A stretch of DNA of 63,979 nucleotides, the filler included, from Barthelona sp. PAP020 (Eukaryota): NCBI GenBank assembly GCA_040182905.1. It is 3 parts of 3 records of this genome, joined end to end, with 100 filler letters (N's around TTAATTAATTAA, not from the genome) between each part and the next. Parts side by side here need not be neighbours in the genome. Positions count along the whole stretch, not along the records: positions 1 to 24,362 come from JARQWU010000155.1; 2 more parts are not named here. One strand, given 5' to 3'. This document shows, piece after piece, positions 10,005 to 20,696 of the stretch. Both the position numbers and the translations under genes were made by a program. Within the stretch, counting starts at the first letter, position 1. Each line of letters begins with the position of its first letter. The notes under the pieces were generated by a model. That model did no database searches. It saw nothing but the letters and a program-made list of their open reading frames with translations, and was not told the DNA's origin.

Positions 10005-11756
10005 TTATGTTTCTTTTTTAGCAAAACTTTCGTAGCTTGATGATCTGTCCAATTCATTAGAATCATTTTTTTTATCTTTTTCTCCTTTATCCCTACGTTC
10101 ACCCAGTTTCTTCCATGGTTTTTGTATGGCTCTCTTATTCCATAACAATTGATTTGCCAAGGAATTAAACCAATCAGCTGTTTGATCAATTTTGACAATG
10201 GTTGGTGCTGGCCATTTGGATGTATGAACAACCAATCTATCACCAGGTCTCAATTCCTTTCTATCTCTACCATCAAAAACACAATACACATTTTCAATTG
10301 TGTTATTATCCACTCTACATTCAATAATTGAAGTTGCTGGAAGTACCATAGGTCTAAAAGCAAGACTTTGTGGACACATGGGTGTGATCAAAATTCCTGG
10401 TACAGTTGGATGAACACAAGAACCACCTGCACTTAAAGAATATGCTGTTGAACCTGTCGTTGTTGCTACCAAACAACCATCACCCACAATTCTAGTTGCG
10501 TAAACACCATCAATATGTAGGTCAACGTTACAAATATATGGACAACTACCAATACCCTTTCCACGACGTTCAGTATGGATCCAAAATTCTCTTGATCTTT
10601 CCACGGTAACTTCGTTAAAAACACAAAACTGTTCAGGCAGTTCATTTGGCCCTTGGTCGTAACGAATAAGTGAACAAATTAAACGATTTCTCAATGTGGT
10701 AAGAAATTTACCTTTTATTATGGACTTCAAACTTTCAAAAATGCTATCAACAGTGAATGGAGTTAAAAAACCCATGGACCCCATGTTTACTGGAAAGATA
10801 GGGGGAACACCCATTCCAAAAATTTGAACCGCCCAAAGAACTGTCCCATCACCGCCTAATGTTATGATGAAATCTATATTAGGGCCTTCATCGTCATAAA
10901 TTAAGATTGGATTCAGCACTTTGACATCCAAATTCTCAAATTCGTCAATGACCATGCTTTCCACAAAAACGTTTATATTTTGCTTTCCCAAGAACTTTAC
11001 TAATTTTCTTGATAGATCCAGCGCATCTTTATCATTGGGTTTCTTCACCAAAAGACAGGTTTGAACTGGTGTATTCCAAATAATCTTACGTGAGCTTTGT
11101 GACACAACACCAACATGTCTGATCGTCGATAAATCATCAACAACCTTGTGAGGTATGGCGCTATCTCCTAACTCTATAAAAGGGTCAACTAAATCTTCAG
11201 CATCATCCAAATTAAATTCAGAATTTATTTCTTTTCTTCTAATCAGTCGAATACGTGTTTTAGAAGGAGTTGGAGGTGGTAAATATCCATTTTCTTCTTC
11301 TTCAAAAAAATCGCTCAGCGAATCGCTCAAAGAATCGCATTCAGATGCACAATCAACAGTTGGAATAGGTGCTAAAGGCAAAAAACCATCAGGAATCGAT
11401 GTAAATTTGGATTTTGGTGGATTTTTTCGTTTATCTTCAATGATGCCGTTAATACGAACAATAGAATGGTCACGTTTCGAAGGAGGATTATGCCAAAAAT
11501 TGTCACATTCAAAACAAAAATAATCATTGCAATCATAACAAAAGAGTGAAGCTTCCATTACTTCACAAATGGAACAGAAAGGATTTCTTTTTATTTCTGT
11601 ATTTAAAGGCTTTGAATTATCATCAGTAATTTCTAAAGTTAATTCATTAGAATTATCATCAATCTTTACTCCATATTCTTCTTTCCATTCATAAGGAATA
11701 GATCCAGCAAATGATGAAACATGATTTAATCGGGGTGAATTAAAATATTCAGACAT
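10005..11756 (-). CDS. NAD+ kinase with N-terminal B-box zinc finger
   Basis: ITLGGDGTVLW, NMGSMGFLT, FNEV, GDGCLVATTTGSTAYSLSAGG and TPMCPQSLAFRP are NADK motifs. Residues 61-100 CxxC..CxxC..CxxCD..H..H form a B-box. Confidence 0.92.
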   Translation of the reverse strand: MSEYFNSPRLNHVSSFAGSIPYEWKEEYGVKIDDNSNELTLEITDDNSKPLNTEIKRNPFCSICEVMEASLFCYDCNDYFCFECDNFWHNPPSKRDHSIVRINGIIEDKRKNPPKSKFTSIPDGFLPLAPIPTVDCASECDSLSDSLSDFFEEEENGYLPPPTPSKTRIRLIRRKEINSEFNLDDAEDLVDPFIELGDSAIPHKVVDDLSTIRHVGVVSQSSRKIIWNTPVQTCLLVKKPNDKDALDLSRKLVKFLGKQNINVFVESMVIDEFENLDVKVLNPILIYDDEGPNIDFIITLGGDGTVLWAVQIFGMGVPPIFPVNMGSMGFLTPFTVDSIFESLKSIIKGKFLTTLRNRLICSLIRYDQGPNELPEQFCVFNEVTVERSREFWIHTERRGKGIGSCPYICNVDLHIDGVYATRIVGDGCLVATTTGSTAYSLSAGGSCVHPTVPGILITPMCPQSLAFRPMVLPATSIIECRVDNNTIENVYCVFDGRDRKELRPGDRLVVHTSKWPAPTIVKIDQTADWFNSLANQLLWNKRAIQKPWKKLGERRDKGEKDKKNDSNELDRSSSYESFAKKET

Positions 11757-11831
11757 CTACATGTGAAATTGTATACAAAAAAAGTTTTTGTTTTTTACAT
11801 TTTTTTTTATCCTTCTTTTTTCAATAATTAA

Positions 11832-12353
11832 ATGGGTCGTAGGAAATCAAAAAAAGTCCAAAAAGCAAAACCAAAAAAAAGATTGCCGAATAGATTTGAT
11901 TGTCCAAGTTGTGATTATCCTGCAAGTGTGTTCATTGAAAAAGATATTTTAAAGTGTTCTAATTGCGGTTTACACTTTGATTTCAAGAGTCAATATCAAG
12001 GAAATTACAAACTAAAATTTACACATCCAATTGATTTTTACTATGCTTATTTGAAGGTCAGAAACGAAGGTAATGCTATGGGTTACAATGCAATGTTTAT
12101 TGATGAAGAGCAAGCAGAAATATTGAATGAAAGATCTCGTTTTATCAATGGAGAAAGGGCTTTAAATTATGATGAAGCTGAAGAACTTCGTAATGCTGAT
12201 GATATTGGAGATGAAGATTCTGATGAAGATTTAGATGACGAGGAAGAAGAAGAAGAAGAGATTGTAAAAGGTGGTTTGGATCAAACAAGGAAGGATGAAA
12301 TTCAGAAAAAAGAAGACAATGAATTTGAAGATTCATTATTTGATGATTTATAA
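11832..12353 (+). CDS. ELF1: Transcription elongation factor Elf1/ELOF1 with acidic tail
   Basis: MGRRKSKK basic N-terminus, FDCPSC...CSNC zinc ribbon, HPIDFY (EPIDVY in Elf1), Asp/Glu-rich C-terminus. Confidence 0.8.
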   Translation: MGRRKSKKVQKAKPKKRLPNRFDCPSCDYPASVFIEKDILKCSNCGLHFDFKSQYQGNYKLKFTHPIDFYYAYLKVRNEGNAMGYNAMFIDEEQAEILNERSRFINGERALNYDEAEELRNADDIGDEDSDEDLDDEEEEEEEIVKGGLDQTRKDEIQKKEDNEFEDSLFDDL

Positions 12354-12875
12354 AGGCATTTTAACAAACTTGAACACACTTTTTTCTTTTAAATTCTCAA
12401 ATATCTAACGATATGATCGAAGAAATTTCAAAGAATCAAAAAGGTGAACTTAAAAAAGATTGATTGGTTTTGCAAATAACTAGAATACAACATTTTTTCA
12501 AGAGTTGTTGTTATAATATTAAAAAAATGTTGAAAAACAAATATTTTGAACAAAAACTCATAAAAACTAATTTTTTGGAATGGAAAAAACTCATCTTTAG
12601 CAATTCACCAAAAAAGGCAACAAAACTTGTTTTTCAAAAAAAAAAAAGGAGGTTCTCTCATCATGCCACATTACAACATATTTTTGAATTATCAAAAATC
12701 AGAATATTTGGTGAATGAAAATCTTCGAAACAAGTAAACTTTATAAATCATTTTATTATTAATATTTTAAGATATAAGACAAAACATACAATAAAAAAGA
12801 AGTTTCCAAGAAAAACAACAATTGGTTCAAAAAACAATCCCAAAAAAAAAAATTCCTTTTTTTCATATTTCATCA

Positions 12876-14219
12876 ATGATATCTGATAATATTCGAAAAA
12901 TATGGATGAAATATGTTCAAGAAGAACATTTAACTGAACGAAAATTAAGATATTTGGAAAATGAAGTAAAAAATGTAATTACTTCAGATATATCACATGT
13001 TAGACCAGTCTATGAATGGTTAATTGAGCAAAGTATGCCTCAAATAATTGAGGAGTATCATTCTGATTGGTCTGATTCAGAAGATGAAGATGAACAGCAA
13101 CAAAAACTAAACGTTCCTTCTTTACATACAATAAATAATGTTTCTGAATTGATTATTTTAATGGTTAAAGTTGTACCAACCAGTTTAGAAGTTTTATATG
13201 ATGTTGTAAGTGATTCAAAACCAATCAGTTCTCAAAGATTACCATTTTTTATTAATTATGTTACCTTATTGTTAATATTGATTGAAAAATTGGTGAAAGT
13301 TCGAAGAAATTTTTTACAGATATTAATTTCACTCTTTCTCAGTCTGGACGTCGAAATATCGTTGGAAACAGATGAAGATGATCATGAAAAGAACAAATTT
13401 ATGGATGAAATGGCGTTAAAATTAGATGAATGCTTGATTTTGATGTTTGAATTTATGGAAAAGTTTCAAAGAATTCAAAAGTTGGGTGAAATTTTTGATC
13501 TTTTAATTGAATGCTTTGATAAGCTAATTTTACAAACATATGAATGCAAGTTTACACAATTCATTTTGTTTTATGCTACTGTTTTGGAACCTTCGTTATC
13601 AGAACAATTTATTGTTGATTTGCTGCAAAAGAGTCTTGACCCCAACTACATTGAAGCAGAACGCGTTTCTGAAATAAGCAAACAATCAATACGTCGTCTT
13701 AGATTAGCGTATTTAACATCATTTTTAGCAAGACAAGGAGATTTATCCGTTGAACTTTTGACACAATCAATGAAGGTCTTAGATTCGTATCTAATTCAAT
13801 ATGTTCAAAATTATGAAAAAATTGCCATGCAAAACTCTTTGCCAACCATTGGAAATCATCCTTTATTTTATCAAGTAACTCAGGCATTAATGTATATTTT
13901 CTGTTTTAAATTAGAAGCGTTAAAAAAGGTGGAAAATTTTGAAGAATTTTTGGATAGTTTACAACTCGATTCTGTTTTTAATTCAAAACTTAATCCTTTA
14001 ATTGTCATATTTTCCGAAGTTATTGAAGTATTTGGTGAAGTAACTGAAGAGCTAAATTGGTTGAATTTGGAAGACATTATCGCAAATAATGATGCAAAGG
14101 TTGTTCTTCCAAGTTCTTCTGATCTTCAAAAATTTTTAACTGTTTTCTTTCCATTTGACCCCTTGTTATTAAGGAAAAGTTCAAAAATTATCAAAAACAG
14201 TTACCAAAGTTGGAATTGA
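12876..14219 (+). CDS. RRN3: RNA polymerase I initiation factor RRN3/TIF-IA
   Basis: LSLDVEI, MALKLD, ILQTYECKFTQFILFY, AYLTSFLAR, FYQVTQALMYIFCFK, SKLNPL, FFPFDPLLLRKS. First ATG is at 12876. Confidence 0.9.
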   Translation: MISDNIRKIWMKYVQEEHLTERKLRYLENEVKNVITSDISHVRPVYEWLIEQSMPQIIEEYHSDWSDSEDEDEQQQKLNVPSLHTINNVSELIILMVKVVPTSLEVLYDVVSDSKPISSQRLPFFINYVTLLLILIEKLVKVRRNFLQILISLFLSLDVEISLETDEDDHEKNKFMDEMALKLDECLILMFEFMEKFQRIQKLGEIFDLLIECFDKLILQTYECKFTQFILFYATVLEPSLSEQFIVDLLQKSLDPNYIEAERVSEISKQSIRRLRLAYLTSFLARQGDLSVELLTQSMKVLDSYLIQYVQNYEKIAMQNSLPTIGNHPLFYQVTQALMYIFCFKLEALKKVENFEEFLDSLQLDSVFNSKLNPLIVIFSEVIEVFGEVTEELNWLNLEDIIANNDAKVVLPSSSDLQKFLTVFFPFDPLLLRKSSKIIKNSYQSWN

Positions 14220-14366
14220 TTCATTTGTTAATGATCATTTATCAATCGTTTATCAAGCAGTTCAAAGCATTTTAGTCCTGGAGTCGCGAATTCTACTTAT
14301 CCGACAAACATAAATTTGCATTTTCTTTTTTCTTTGTTTTTTCTTTGAATAACAAAATGTACCTAT

Positions 14367-17048
14367 TTATAAACATCCAACAACACCACCAATAAATGTG
14401 GTCCCTTCTGGACAAACTGCACAAGTATCGCTATCTGAAGATATTTGGCCATTGGGACATGTACTACACTTCCCATTCAATATGTATTCTAAAGGTGATA
14501 AACAGTAATAGCAAAAAGAAAAACCATAGTCAGAAGTCATTCCAGCAGGACAATCCTTACAAACAGCTTGTTCAGATGTATCTGTGTAAGTTCCTGGAAC
14601 ACAAGGCAAACAATGACGCATCTCGCCATCCCCATAAAATCCAGCAGGACAACTTTCAATGTCTCCATCTCGACAGGCATGTCCAGCTGGGCATTCAAGA
14701 CATGACAAAGTGTCTTGATCAGCATATAAAGGGTCGAAACAGGGCAAGGCTGAATGATTTGAAAAAACTAACCACCCCCTTCTTATGTTATTGCAATGGA
14801 TAGACCCACCGTAACTCCATTGTAAAGGTTCATCAGAACACTCATACATTCGACCAGAACCACAATAATAGCCAGCAAGACAATACTGACAACTTCCTGA
14901 AGACTCTTCCCAATAATAACCTGGGTCACAAGAACAACGGGAAGAATCTGCTGTGCAATCAATGCAACTGCTGGAATTAGGTCCTGAAAAGAAATTAGCA
15001 TCACAATCAAGACACTCACTAGAACCAGCAGAAGCAGCATATGTATTTGGAAGACATGGAATACAATCTAATGGATCAGAACTACCCGTAAAATTCAAAT
15101 GATACCCAGCTGGACATAAATAGCATTCAGCTAATCCAGTTTCGTTAGCAAATGACCCCATTGAACAATTTACACATGATGAAATGTTAGGTGCAGCATA
15201 ATCTGGTTGAGAAGTACCTAATGGACATTTCACACAATTATCCGCAGAATAAGATGCAGAGACAGTTCCATAGAATCCAGGAGAACATGAGTCACAAACA
15301 TCATTCCCTTCCCCAATAGCATATGTACCAATAACACAATCAATGCAATTAACGGTACGTGAAGTATTTGCAAATGTACCCTGTGGACAAAGAGTACATG
15401 ATGTAGAAGGGGCGACTCCTGTATATGACCCAATAGGACATACTTCACAAGATGATTGACCTGAAGAAGTTGTATATTCCCCATCAGGACAAGATAAACA
15501 ATTGCTTAAACTAGTGGCATTTTCAGAAGGTCCATAAGTTCCCGCTGGGCAAGCTACCGGATTAATGCTACCCAAAACACAGTAATACCCAATAGGACAG
15601 CCAACACATGATGATTGACTGGTTTCATTCTGATAAGTACCTGCTTCACAATAGTTGCATGTATTTCCAGATTCATATGTACCCAAAGGACAAGCTCCAC
15701 ATACATCAATTGTGGTTGCTCCTGTAACAAGACTAGTTGTACCAGAAGGACAGTTCTTGCAGGTTGTTTTCCCCTCAACATTTTGATATGTTGCAATTGG
15801 ACAGTCTTCACAACCTTCCACTAATGTTGCAGCACCTTCCAGTATACCATATGTTCCTTTTGGACAATTCACACAAGTAGACCCAGAAGTAGCTGCAACA
15901 GTGGTTGAATATGTTCCTTTTGAACATTTAGTACAACTAGATGCACCTTCCAACGAATAGGTACCTGCTATACAATCTTCACAAAAAGACATGCCAATAT
16001 TCGGATTAAACGTACCTGCAGCACACTTTGAGCATGTATCTTCTCCATCAGAATTGTATTTCGCTGCTGGACAAACAGTAGGAAGATAGTCAATCTTCCA
16101 AATTTCTCGAAACAGAGAGGTAGTGTCAATACCTCCAACAAACAAAATTCCATTATCATAGAACAACAAATTTGACTCATATCTAGGATCAGGAACAGTC
16201 CATGAATAGGCAGACTTCAAATCTCTCCATTTTTTGTAAAACAAGTCAAATTCCAAAAACTGATCAGTATCTGGAGAAGGAAAGACGTTGGTATTCCCAC
16301 CAAACAGTAAGATCCTCTTATTAAAAACTCCTATTAAGGGGGATTTGACTGTTTCAAGAATTTCTGCATTCGTCTGTGATATATTAGTCCATATTGGAGT
16401 GCTACAACCACAAAGACTCCACAGTTCCTTTGATACGACATCCCCATCAAACCCTCCAAAAATATACATGCATTCATCATCATAACCAACACCCATCTCC
16501 ATTCTGGCAGAAGGAGATTCTGAAAATGAGAGTGTTTGCCAGCCAGTTGATGGATTATAATACACTGTATCATCTAACAATCCCATCATACTATAACCAC
16601 CAAAAACAACGAATCCAGAACAATATGGTGCCTGTGCATGCTTACTACGTGCTTCTCCAGTTGTAACTGTGGTCCAACTGTCTGTAGAGAATTCATAAGA
16701 ATAAAGAATATCATTAATGGCTCCAGCATTTTGTCCTCCAAATATATAGTATTTCGACCCTATTATTGAACCTCCGGCAAAGGACCAACCAGAAGGCATA
16801 TCTGTTAAAGAATATAATTTACTGTCTGTAAAATTGAAGGTAAAAACAGATGAAACTGCAGAGGAACCCTTATTTACAGCCCCTCCAAAAATGTACAATT
16901 GGTCTAGATATATATAAGATGAATACGCTGATATACTGGGAAATTCATTTTCACTATCGTCAATTAAAAGTTCATACCAATCGCAATTTATTAATTTTAA
17001 TGGTATTATTATCGCATAAATTAAAAATACAATCAAAGAAACTTTCAT
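14367..17048 (-). CDS. Secreted kelch beta-propeller plus GCC2/GCC3 (ephrin-receptor-like) Cys-rich repeat protein
   Basis: Hydrophobic signal peptide, about six kelch repeats (YIFGG, VVFGG, LLFGG, FVGG), then many CxxCPxGTY repeats. No C-terminal TM segment. Confidence 0.8.
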   Translation of the reverse strand: MKVSLIVFLIYAIIIPLKLINCDWYELLIDDSENEFPSISAYSSYIYLDQLYIFGGAVNKGSSAVSSVFTFNFTDSKLYSLTDMPSGWSFAGGSIIGSKYYIFGGQNAGAINDILYSYEFSTDSWTTVTTGEARSKHAQAPYCSGFVVFGGYSMMGLLDDTVYYNPSTGWQTLSFSESPSARMEMGVGYDDECMYIFGGFDGDVVSKELWSLCGCSTPIWTNISQTNAEILETVKSPLIGVFNKRILLFGGNTNVFPSPDTDQFLEFDLFYKKWRDLKSAYSWTVPDPRYESNLLFYDNGILFVGGIDTTSLFREIWKIDYLPTVCPAAKYNSDGEDTCSKCAAGTFNPNIGMSFCEDCIAGTYSLEGASSCTKCSKGTYSTTVAATSGSTCVNCPKGTYGILEGAATLVEGCEDCPIATYQNVEGKTTCKNCPSGTTSLVTGATTIDVCGACPLGTYESGNTCNYCEAGTYQNETSQSSCVGCPIGYYCVLGSINPVACPAGTYGPSENATSLSNCLSCPDGEYTTSSGQSSCEVCPIGSYTGVAPSTSCTLCPQGTFANTSRTVNCIDCVIGTYAIGEGNDVCDSCSPGFYGTVSASYSADNCVKCPLGTSQPDYAAPNISSCVNCSMGSFANETGLAECYLCPAGYHLNFTGSSDPLDCIPCLPNTYAASAGSSECLDCDANFFSGPNSSSCIDCTADSSRCSCDPGYYWEESSGSCQYCLAGYYCGSGRMYECSDEPLQWSYGGSIHCNNIRRGWLVFSNHSALPCFDPLYADQDTLSCLECPAGHACRDGDIESCPAGFYGDGEMRHCLPCVPGTYTDTSEQAVCKDCPAGMTSDYGFSFCYYCLSPLEYILNGKCSTCPNGQISSDSDTCAVCPEGTTFIGGVVGCL

Positions 17049-17213
17049 AAATTTAAAAAAGGAAGAAAAAAAAAAACACCATAAATAGAGATGATAAAAA
17101 AGTTTGAACTACAAACAATGTTTGCTTAAATTTAGTTCAAATTGTTGAAAAGAATGAATATTTTAATGTCTTTAACTCTTTCATTGATTTTTTTTTTCAA
17201 AAAAAGAAAAAAA

Positions 17214-20200
17214 CTATAATCCTTTACTAACTCTTGATAAATAATCCAAATTTGCATTGAAATCATGAACATCTTTTATTTTGAATTCTTTTTTATCAAA
17301 ATTTTCACCAAACCAACGCCAAACCTTTGGAGTTCTTTTTTGTTCCAACAAATTCTTTTGGATGATAATGGCATCTGACAAATTCCATATGTGTAACATT
17401 TGTAGACAATGGGTTAACTCAATCTCTTCCTTATCATTTGAATCCTTGATTTCATTATTGAAGAAACGTTCATTTTGATTTTCGCTTGTGGTTAAAAGCA
17501 TTTGAATATGTTTGGGGTCAATGAAAAAACTTGACAAATCAATTTCTTTTAGAATGTTAAAAAATAACTTGTATGAATCATACTTGGCACTTTCTTTGAG
17601 ATCTAAATCAAGATCAGAAAGAATTGCTGTAATTCTATCCATCTCACGATCCATTTCTCTGGAATTTATTTTCGAAATTTGTTGAAGCTTTGTTTCAAGC
17701 AAGTCTTTCGATTCCAATACGCCAATAAAAGGCAGTTTCTCTCCATTGATAATTTTCTTTTCCAAATCTTCTAAACTTTCCAAATTTTCAAAACTTTCAT
17801 CAGTGTCCAATTTTTCCAACGTTGAGGAATCATCGATTTTCTTGTTCAAATCACTGATTTTATCACCAGAACACTTCGAATCACTGTCATTGTTTTCCAC
17901 ATTGAAATCAAAAATTGATCCATTCAAAAGAACGGACTTCTTAGAATAGTTTGAAAAGAATTCAGTGAATTTTAATCGATTCCCCATAAATTCCTTTCTA
18001 ATATGATAAACTAAGTTTTTATAAGACCCATGGTTAGCCATATACCCCAGGAACATCTTCTTTGGACGTTTTGACAAAAATTCACGATTAAACAAACATG
18101 ACCAATGATAGGCATAAAATATTTTGAACTTTTCATCAATTGCACATAAATTATTACATATAGCCACACATTCACCATCGTTTTCAGCAATCAATTTCAT
18201 ACAGCTCAATAACCTCTCTCGATTGTCTCCTATTATCGAACCAGGATTAATTAACGCTCCTCCAATTACAGTTGACCATAAGTAAGCAAAATGATGATTC
18301 ACTAACTTTGCCTGCATGATTTCTTGATCAGAAATTTCCATGCCACTCCCACCAAATTCCCACCAGCTTCTATAAATCATTCCAAACTTTGAATAATCAA
18401 AATAAGAATTGTCAGAAACAGTATTATTGATTTGTGGAAAACAAATCGCAATTGCGTCAAAACAAGTATCTTTATCATCTTGAATCTCTCCGTTCAAACA
18501 ATAACCACCAAAACATTGCGTAATTAATTGACTGTACCAAAACCCGTTTGCGACATCAACATTTCCAAGCCCAATCAATGGCTTAGCAATGGCCATAAAT
18601 ATGTCATGCAATGGATCTTTACATATTTGAGATACAAAAGGTCCCATTATGGTTAATAATTGCAATAAATGAAGACCAACCATTCCATCAAAAGGCAAAC
18701 AAAAATTCTTAACAAAAAATGTTGAATTTCCCACAATAAAGGGATAAAGAGTTGTCAACAACATTGAAAAGCCACCAATTACAATATCTCCAGCTTTAGA
18801 GTTTGTAGATTCCAAATCGAAAATAATTGCAGCCAAAATTTCAATAAAACAATCAAATAACCGCAACAAATGCTGATGATCACGTTGATCTACTTTAAAA
18901 CATCCAATATTTTTCAAATCACACGTTTGTTCTTCTTGTTCCTCATAAAAAGTGCCAGAACTATCTTCACACAATTTTTGAGTGAACTGTGTCAAAATAA
19001 CATTCAAGCATTCAAAAAAACTAGGAGAATCCAAAAAATTTCCAAACAATATAGATCTTCCAAGTTTTCGTTGATCAATCAATAAATTCTTCAGTGATTG
19101 ACGATGCAGACATATTGGACAATGACAATTGACAGAATTTAAATGCTTTGGTTGTACCATCACATCAAATTGCCAAGCCCATGAACCAATTGGGGTTCCA
19201 ATAAAAATTAAACTGTGTAAAAAAGAAATCAATGAAGAAAAAAAAGAAATAGGTGCATAAATCAATAAAGATTCATTAATCACTGTGAAAATATAATCCA
19301 ATAACCCATTCTTAACTAACACATCTAATTGCTCCAGTAAAAGAATAGGGTCTGAAACTTTTTTGCTCAAAATTCCAAATAAATAATGAATATTAGTTAA
19401 AACATCAAAGTTTTCGACCAATTGGGATAAAACATCCATTTTAAACGTTAATAAATCAGTAAAACTCTCTTGACATATAGGCAAAACAAGATGTAGCATT
19501 TCCTTACAATTCAATTCATACAGTTGAAATATAGCCTCATAACTATCTAAAAAGTTCCAAGTAAACTTAATCAAATGTCTATTGCTATCAATATGGTACC
19601 AAGATCGCTGATGCAAATCTTTCCAAGAAATCCAATGTGGTTGAGTGGATTGACATGACAATGTTCTCCTTAAATTGTTACGCATGTACTTAAAGACCAA
19701 CAAATTTGTAGCAATAATATCAGTTCTTACTTTGGAAAGAAATTTCTTCAACAATAACGATGACAAATATATAAAATTCCGTTGTTTCAATGACAACTTC
19801 AAATGACCCATATTTTGTGTTGAAAAGTTCATTCCACCAATATTCTCTCTGAGAAAAGTGGTATCCTTAAAACCTTGACCATTTGCTAATCCAAAAATTA
19901 AAGAGACAAGAGGATATTCTTTTGTTTCAAGGAACTCGATAATATATAAAAAGTGTTTGTACAAAACAACCAAAAAATCAACCGTTTGTAAGAAACGTAC
20001 AACAAATTTCTTTTGAATTTCAGGTTCTTCTGCACTATCAAAGGTATAATTGGCAATGATTGTGTGAAATCCTTTTGAAAATATACAATTGGTTAGTAAG
20101 AAAGATTCAACAGTTTTAGTCAAATCGTTTTCAGTCTCGGCATCAGATATAATTAACTCTTGCTGTTTTATCATGTTAAAAATCGTAGTGTTTGCATAGT

Positions 20201-20696
20201 TAAAATGGTCATACATAATAGGACGATGGTCAGTGATGCTCTCAAAAGTAAAACAACCATCAAAATCTAGAGGGGAAAAATTCAGCAATATAATCATAAA
20301 ATCTATTTCCTCCTTCGTGCTTAAGCAAAAAAAAGGATAATACTCATACAAGGTATCCGTAAAAAATAGATTCAATGGGTCAATAGTTGTTAACCATTTG
20401 TCAATAATGTTAATGAGTTTTTGTTGATCAGAACATAACATTTTAAAAAATAAAAACTCTTCTTGAAAAGGAATGGCAGTGAAAAGAAAATCCTCATAAC
20501 GTTTCATAGACCAAAGAAACATATAACTGTTTATAACGTTTAAGTAACATTTATTTTTTTTTAATAGTCCAAAAAACTGTTCTTTAAGTTCTTGATCAAC
20601 TTTTTTTTGTTGGATAGGATTAAATTGTAACAAATAACTTATATCTGTTGCAATTTTTCGTTTGTATAATATAAAAAAATCTTTAATTGTTATCAT
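17214..20696 (-). CDS. Hypothetical 1160-aa alpha-helical protein, possible N-terminal RUN-like domain
   Basis: Long intact ORF. YEYYPFFCLSTKEEIDFMIILLNFSPLDF resembles the end of RUN domains (weak). Confidence 0.55.
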   Translation of the reverse strand: MITIKDFFILYKRKIATDISYLLQFNPIQQKKVDQELKEQFFGLLKKNKCYLNVINSYMFLWSMKRYEDFLFTAIPFQEEFLFFKMLCSDQQKLINIIDKWLTTIDPLNLFFTDTLYEYYPFFCLSTKEEIDFMIILLNFSPLDFDGCFTFESITDHRPIMYDHFNYANTTIFNMIKQQELIISDAETENDLTKTVESFLLTNCIFSKGFHTIIANYTFDSAEEPEIQKKFVVRFLQTVDFLVVLYKHFLYIIEFLETKEYPLVSLIFGLANGQGFKDTTFLRENIGGMNFSTQNMGHLKLSLKQRNFIYLSSLLLKKFLSKVRTDIIATNLLVFKYMRNNLRRTLSCQSTQPHWISWKDLHQRSWYHIDSNRHLIKFTWNFLDSYEAIFQLYELNCKEMLHLVLPICQESFTDLLTFKMDVLSQLVENFDVLTNIHYLFGILSKKVSDPILLLEQLDVLVKNGLLDYIFTVINESLLIYAPISFFSSLISFLHSLIFIGTPIGSWAWQFDVMVQPKHLNSVNCHCPICLHRQSLKNLLIDQRKLGRSILFGNFLDSPSFFECLNVILTQFTQKLCEDSSGTFYEEQEEQTCDLKNIGCFKVDQRDHQHLLRLFDCFIEILAAIIFDLESTNSKAGDIVIGGFSMLLTTLYPFIVGNSTFFVKNFCLPFDGMVGLHLLQLLTIMGPFVSQICKDPLHDIFMAIAKPLIGLGNVDVANGFWYSQLITQCFGGYCLNGEIQDDKDTCFDAIAICFPQINNTVSDNSYFDYSKFGMIYRSWWEFGGSGMEISDQEIMQAKLVNHHFAYLWSTVIGGALINPGSIIGDNRERLLSCMKLIAENDGECVAICNNLCAIDEKFKIFYAYHWSCLFNREFLSKRPKKMFLGYMANHGSYKNLVYHIRKEFMGNRLKFTEFFSNYSKKSVLLNGSIFDFNVENNDSDSKCSGDKISDLNKKIDDSSTLEKLDTDESFENLESLEDLEKKIINGEKLPFIGVLESKDLLETKLQQISKINSREMDREMDRITAILSDLDLDLKESAKYDSYKLFFNILKEIDLSSFFIDPKHIQMLLTTSENQNERFFNNEIKDSNDKEEIELTHCLQMLHIWNLSDAIIIQKNLLEQKRTPKVWRWFGENFDKKEFKIKDVHDFNANLDYLSRVSKGL

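Noticed and set aside
12464..12718. Short ORFs in intergenic DNA and antisense or nested ORFs in the track (e.g. 23404-23607, 48963-49187, 49103-49291, 49319-49546, 49567-49869)
   Set aside because: Mostly non-ATG starts, Lys/Phe-rich from homopolymers, or overlapping real genes, the tRNA or repeats.
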